Source: a virus
Taxonomy: Duplodnaviria > Caudoviricetes
Reading direction: 5' to 3' (one strand)
Virus record (IMG/VR): IMGVR_UViG_3300025141_015960
Span: 1-30,566 of that record
Length of the DNA: 30,566 nucleotides
Under the pieces are notes generated by a model, which ran no database searches, was not told the origin of the DNA, and saw only the letters and a list, made by a program, of their open reading frames with translations. The position numbers and the translations under genes are program-made. Every line of letters begins with the position of its first letter. The stretch's first letter is position 1. This document shows, piece by piece, positions 28,323 to 30,566 of the stretch.

Positions 28323-29359
28323 TAGTCGTTTTTACTTGATAAAATAGAGGAAAAGTATCTATAGCAAGAGTTGATACCTTTTTCAAAAGTATATTGTGGT
28401 GAATACCCAGACATCGTCTTAACTTTTGTTATGTTAGGACAACGGCGTCGAGGCTCCTGATTTGGGTATTCATCTGGATACGGCATTAACACCGGTTTTG
28501 AATTTTCCGGATTTATAATTCCATATGCTTTTTTTGCAATATGAAGAGCTGAAAGCTCTTCGTCATCGGATCCCACATTATAAATTTCTCCATACTTTTC
28601 TGAAAGTAAGATTTGAAAAATATAGACCAATGCGTCTGCTACATAACAGTACGTTCTTGTTTGTTCTCCATTGCCATATACAGAAAAGTCTCTACCTTCG
28701 ATCATGGACTTACAAATATTTGGGACTATTCTACCGTCATTAATATCCATTAGAGGACCATATACGTTAAAGGGTCTTAAGACATTTACTGGGGCAGAAT
28801 AACAATCATGATACACATAGCTTAAAGTCTCCAAAACATTCTTTCCAATATCATAACAGCTTCTATTGCCGAATGTTGTTACAGTCCCTATGTAATCTTC
28901 AGTCGTAGGTATTTTATCAGCTGATGGTGTCCCATAAACTTCGCTTGAAGAAAACATAATGATAGACTTGGTTTTTCTTAACATACCAATGTCGAATACG
29001 TTCTTGGTTCCGATATAAGAAACATCTAAAGTTTTCAAAGGTGACTTTAAATACTTTTTGGGAGACGCGATCCCCGCGCAATTAATAATATAGTGAAGCT
29101 GTCCTTCAGGAACCACACTATCCAGAGGAGAGCATATGTCATGATCTAGATAATCTACCTCTATAACTTCTATCCTATCACTTGATGAAAATTTTGTAGT
29201 ATTTAAGTGGTTTAGAAATTGAACAATTGTTCTTCCCAAAAACCCTTGCGATCCTGTTATTAAAACACGTGTTCCTTTAAGAAGATCTATTTTTGATTTT
29301 AAGCTATTGAAAATATGTTCACTGTCTTCATTCAAGATAACTTGTGCATTTTCATTCAT
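28322..29359 (-). CDS. uxs: UDP-glucuronate decarboxylase (UDP-xylose synthase)-like extended SDR (345 aa)
   Basis: TGSQGFLG, AGIASP..Y, SSSEVYG, G.RSCYDIGK, FNVYGP.M...DGRIVPN, GEQTRTYCYV, EPRRRCPNI. Confidence 0.8.
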   Translation of the reverse strand: MNENAQVILNEDSEHIFNSLKSKIDLLKGTRVLITGSQGFLGRTIVQFLNHLNTTKFSSSDRIEVIEVDYLDHDICSPLDSVVPEGQLHYIINCAGIASPKKYLKSPLKTLDVSYIGTKNVFDIGMLRKTKSIIMFSSSEVYGTPSADKIPTTEDYIGTVTTFGNRSCYDIGKNVLETLSYVYHDCYSAPVNVLRPFNVYGPLMDINDGRIVPNICKSMIEGRDFSVYGNGEQTRTYCYVADALVYIFQILLSEKYGEIYNVGSDDEELSALHIAKKAYGIINPENSKPVLMPYPDEYPNQEPRRRCPNITKVKTMSGYSPQYTFEKGINSCYRYFSSILSSKND

Positions 29360-29362
29360 ATT

Positions 29363-30085
29363 CTATTCCCCTTTATTTCCGTACAAGATTTTATAGTCTA
29401 AATGTGCCTGCTCTAATTTATTGGTGGCACCGCAATCTTTATCAAAAACGCCGCCGCCGGCATAATGAATAATTTGAGACTCAAATCTATTTGGGCTTCC
29501 ATTCCACTCTTCAGAAAACATGGTCATATGATTTAGTTGATAGGGGAGAGGAAACACCTTATGCCCCTGTCTTTTAATCTGGTAACCTATGTGAACATCG
29601 TCTGTTCCCCAGTCGGTGAAGTATTGTCCATCGATCTTTTGAAAGATATCCCGATGGCACTTAGAAGTTACAAAAACTCCTGTATTAATATACCCTTCTT
29701 CCCATCCGATCCATCCAAATTGTTTTTGGGCATTAACCATACATTGTTGACGATACACCTTTCTAGTTCCCTTGTCTTCGTAGACAGTACCAATACTATC
29801 TTCTGGCACAAAATCAAAAAGATTCAGACAGTTTGGTGTTAACAAAATATCACTATCAAATTGAATGATTCGATCGTATACTTCATGAAGATCATAATGC
29901 TTCATAATTCTAAAGTGCCAAAGACCGTCGCCAATACCAGACAAAGCGTCAGTGCAATTTAGTGATTCGTCCAGGACTAAAAAGTCTGCTCCTACTTTTT
30001 GGGCATATTCCTTAAAGACTGGATGAGTTAGATCTGCCCATCCTTTGACTGTATCATCAGCTCTAGTGGTTATTAATAGTTTCAT
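29363..30085 (-). CDS. GT-A glycosyltransferase, GT8/GT34-like (240 aa)
   Basis: YAQKVGADF, IIQFDSDILL (DxD), YINTGVFV, and IIHYAG. SD GGAGG. Confidence 0.8.
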   Translation of the reverse strand: MKLLITTRADDTVKGWADLTHPVFKEYAQKVGADFLVLDESLNCTDALSGIGDGLWHFRIMKHYDLHEVYDRIIQFDSDILLTPNCLNLFDFVPEDSIGTVYEDKGTRKVYRQQCMVNAQKQFGWIGWEEGYINTGVFVTSKCHRDIFQKIDGQYFTDWGTDDVHIGYQIKRQGHKVFPLPYQLNHMTMFSEEWNGSPNRFESQIIHYAGGGVFDKDCGATNKLEQAHLDYKILYGNKGE

Positions 30086-30564
30086 TTTTCCTCCTGTTCA
30101 AAGTATCCTAATTTTTCTAACTTTGTCATTGTTTCTTCCCAGCTGTTCTCAAATCTAACAGCCTTGTCATCAATATAAAATTTTGCGCGAGGCTTTTCCG
30201 ACGTAACTTTGCTAACATACTGTGATATGTTATTTTCTTCGAGCCATTTCCATACTAGTGCTGTACCTGTTTTACCGTTAACCAATCCCCTGTCACTTCT
30301 AGCCTTACAGGTGTAAACTATCACGGTATACATCTCGGATAACTTCTGCAAGGCTTCAGCTGCCCCTGGTACCACTCCATCATAAATTGTCCCGTCATAA
30401 TATCCTTTTGAGCATTTGTGAATAACGCCATCGAAGTCGATGCCGATTTGATAAGTTTCGTCATCATTAGAGTGAAGACGAGGTCCCGCGGGTTGTTCAT
30501 TCGGAGCGGTCTTTATCATTGGTGATTCGAACCCTGAAGTGTTCATTAATCGATGAAAAAGCAT
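30082..30564 (-). CDS. HAD-superfamily phosphatase domain protein (possibly 5'-truncated by the window edge)
   Basis: IGIDFDGVIH (motif I), IVYTCKAR (motif II), EKP, and YIDDKA (motif IV). The frame is open to the window end, so an N-terminal domain may lie outside. Confidence 0.8.
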   Translation of the reverse strand: MLFHRLMNTSGFESPMIKTAPNEQPAGPRLHSNDDETYQIGIDFDGVIHKCSKGYYDGTIYDGVVPGAAEALQKLSEMYTVIVYTCKARSDRGLVNGKTGTALVWKWLEENNISQYVSKVTSEKPRAKFYIDDKAVRFENSWEETMTKLEKLGYFEQEEK

Positions 30565-30566
30565 GA

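Noticed and set aside
1232-29842. All plus-strand ORFs in the track (61-141 aa)
   Set aside because: Each lies antisense to a long, motif-bearing minus-strand gene and has no recognisable motifs; they are shadow ORFs.
1-30566. Stop-codon reassignment (TAG or TGA recoding)
   Set aside because: Code 11 gives near-complete coding density, and TAG (14550, 19335, 25391, 26499) and TGA (9709, 16739, 23424) end genes where the next gene begins.
18887-30566. Ordinary bacterial O-antigen/capsule locus or chimeric join
   Set aside because: No wzx/wzy/wzm/wzt or initiating transferase. Strand, gene packing and the TCTAGA bias are continuous with the phage structural genes.
1-30566. tRNA, rRNA, introns, inteins, DGR repeats or intrinsic terminators
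   Set aside because: Intergenic gaps are at most ~64 nt. I saw no cloverleaf, GC hairpin with U-tract, reverse transcriptase, intein motifs or long nucleotide repeats.

Overview
This window is a fragment of a large tailed (myovirus-like, probably jumbo) bacteriophage genome. It is AT-rich, uses the standard code, and all real genes are tightly packed on the minus strand. In transcription order (right to left) it has three blocks. (1) About 30.5-18.9 kb is a nucleotide-sugar/glycan cassette: HAD hydrolase, four glycosyltransferases, UDP-glucuronate decarboxylase, UDP-glucose dehydrogenase, Fcl/ColC + ColD + Gmd (a GDP-colitose-type route), a cobalamin-dependent radical SAM enzyme, a cupin and a cytidylyltransferase. 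(2) About 18.9-14.2 kb holds a Cas4-like PD-(D/E)XK nuclease, two GT4 glycosyltransferases, a small membrane protein, a gp55-like sigma factor and a helical protein. (3) About 14.2 kb to 1 is a baseplate/tail module: gp5-like hub/spike, gp25-like and gp6-like wedge proteins, a DNRLRE-like protein, a gp7-like LamG protein and two paralogous LamG proteins, one of which is missing from the ORF track. The most striking features are the soluble glycan pathway beside virion proteins enriched in an [ST]-G-S tripeptide (candidate virion O-glycosylation system), over-representation of the palindrome TCTAGA/CTAG, and a T4-style RBS-sequestering hairpin ahead of the gp25-like gene. All assignments are from motif recognition by eye; no searches were run.
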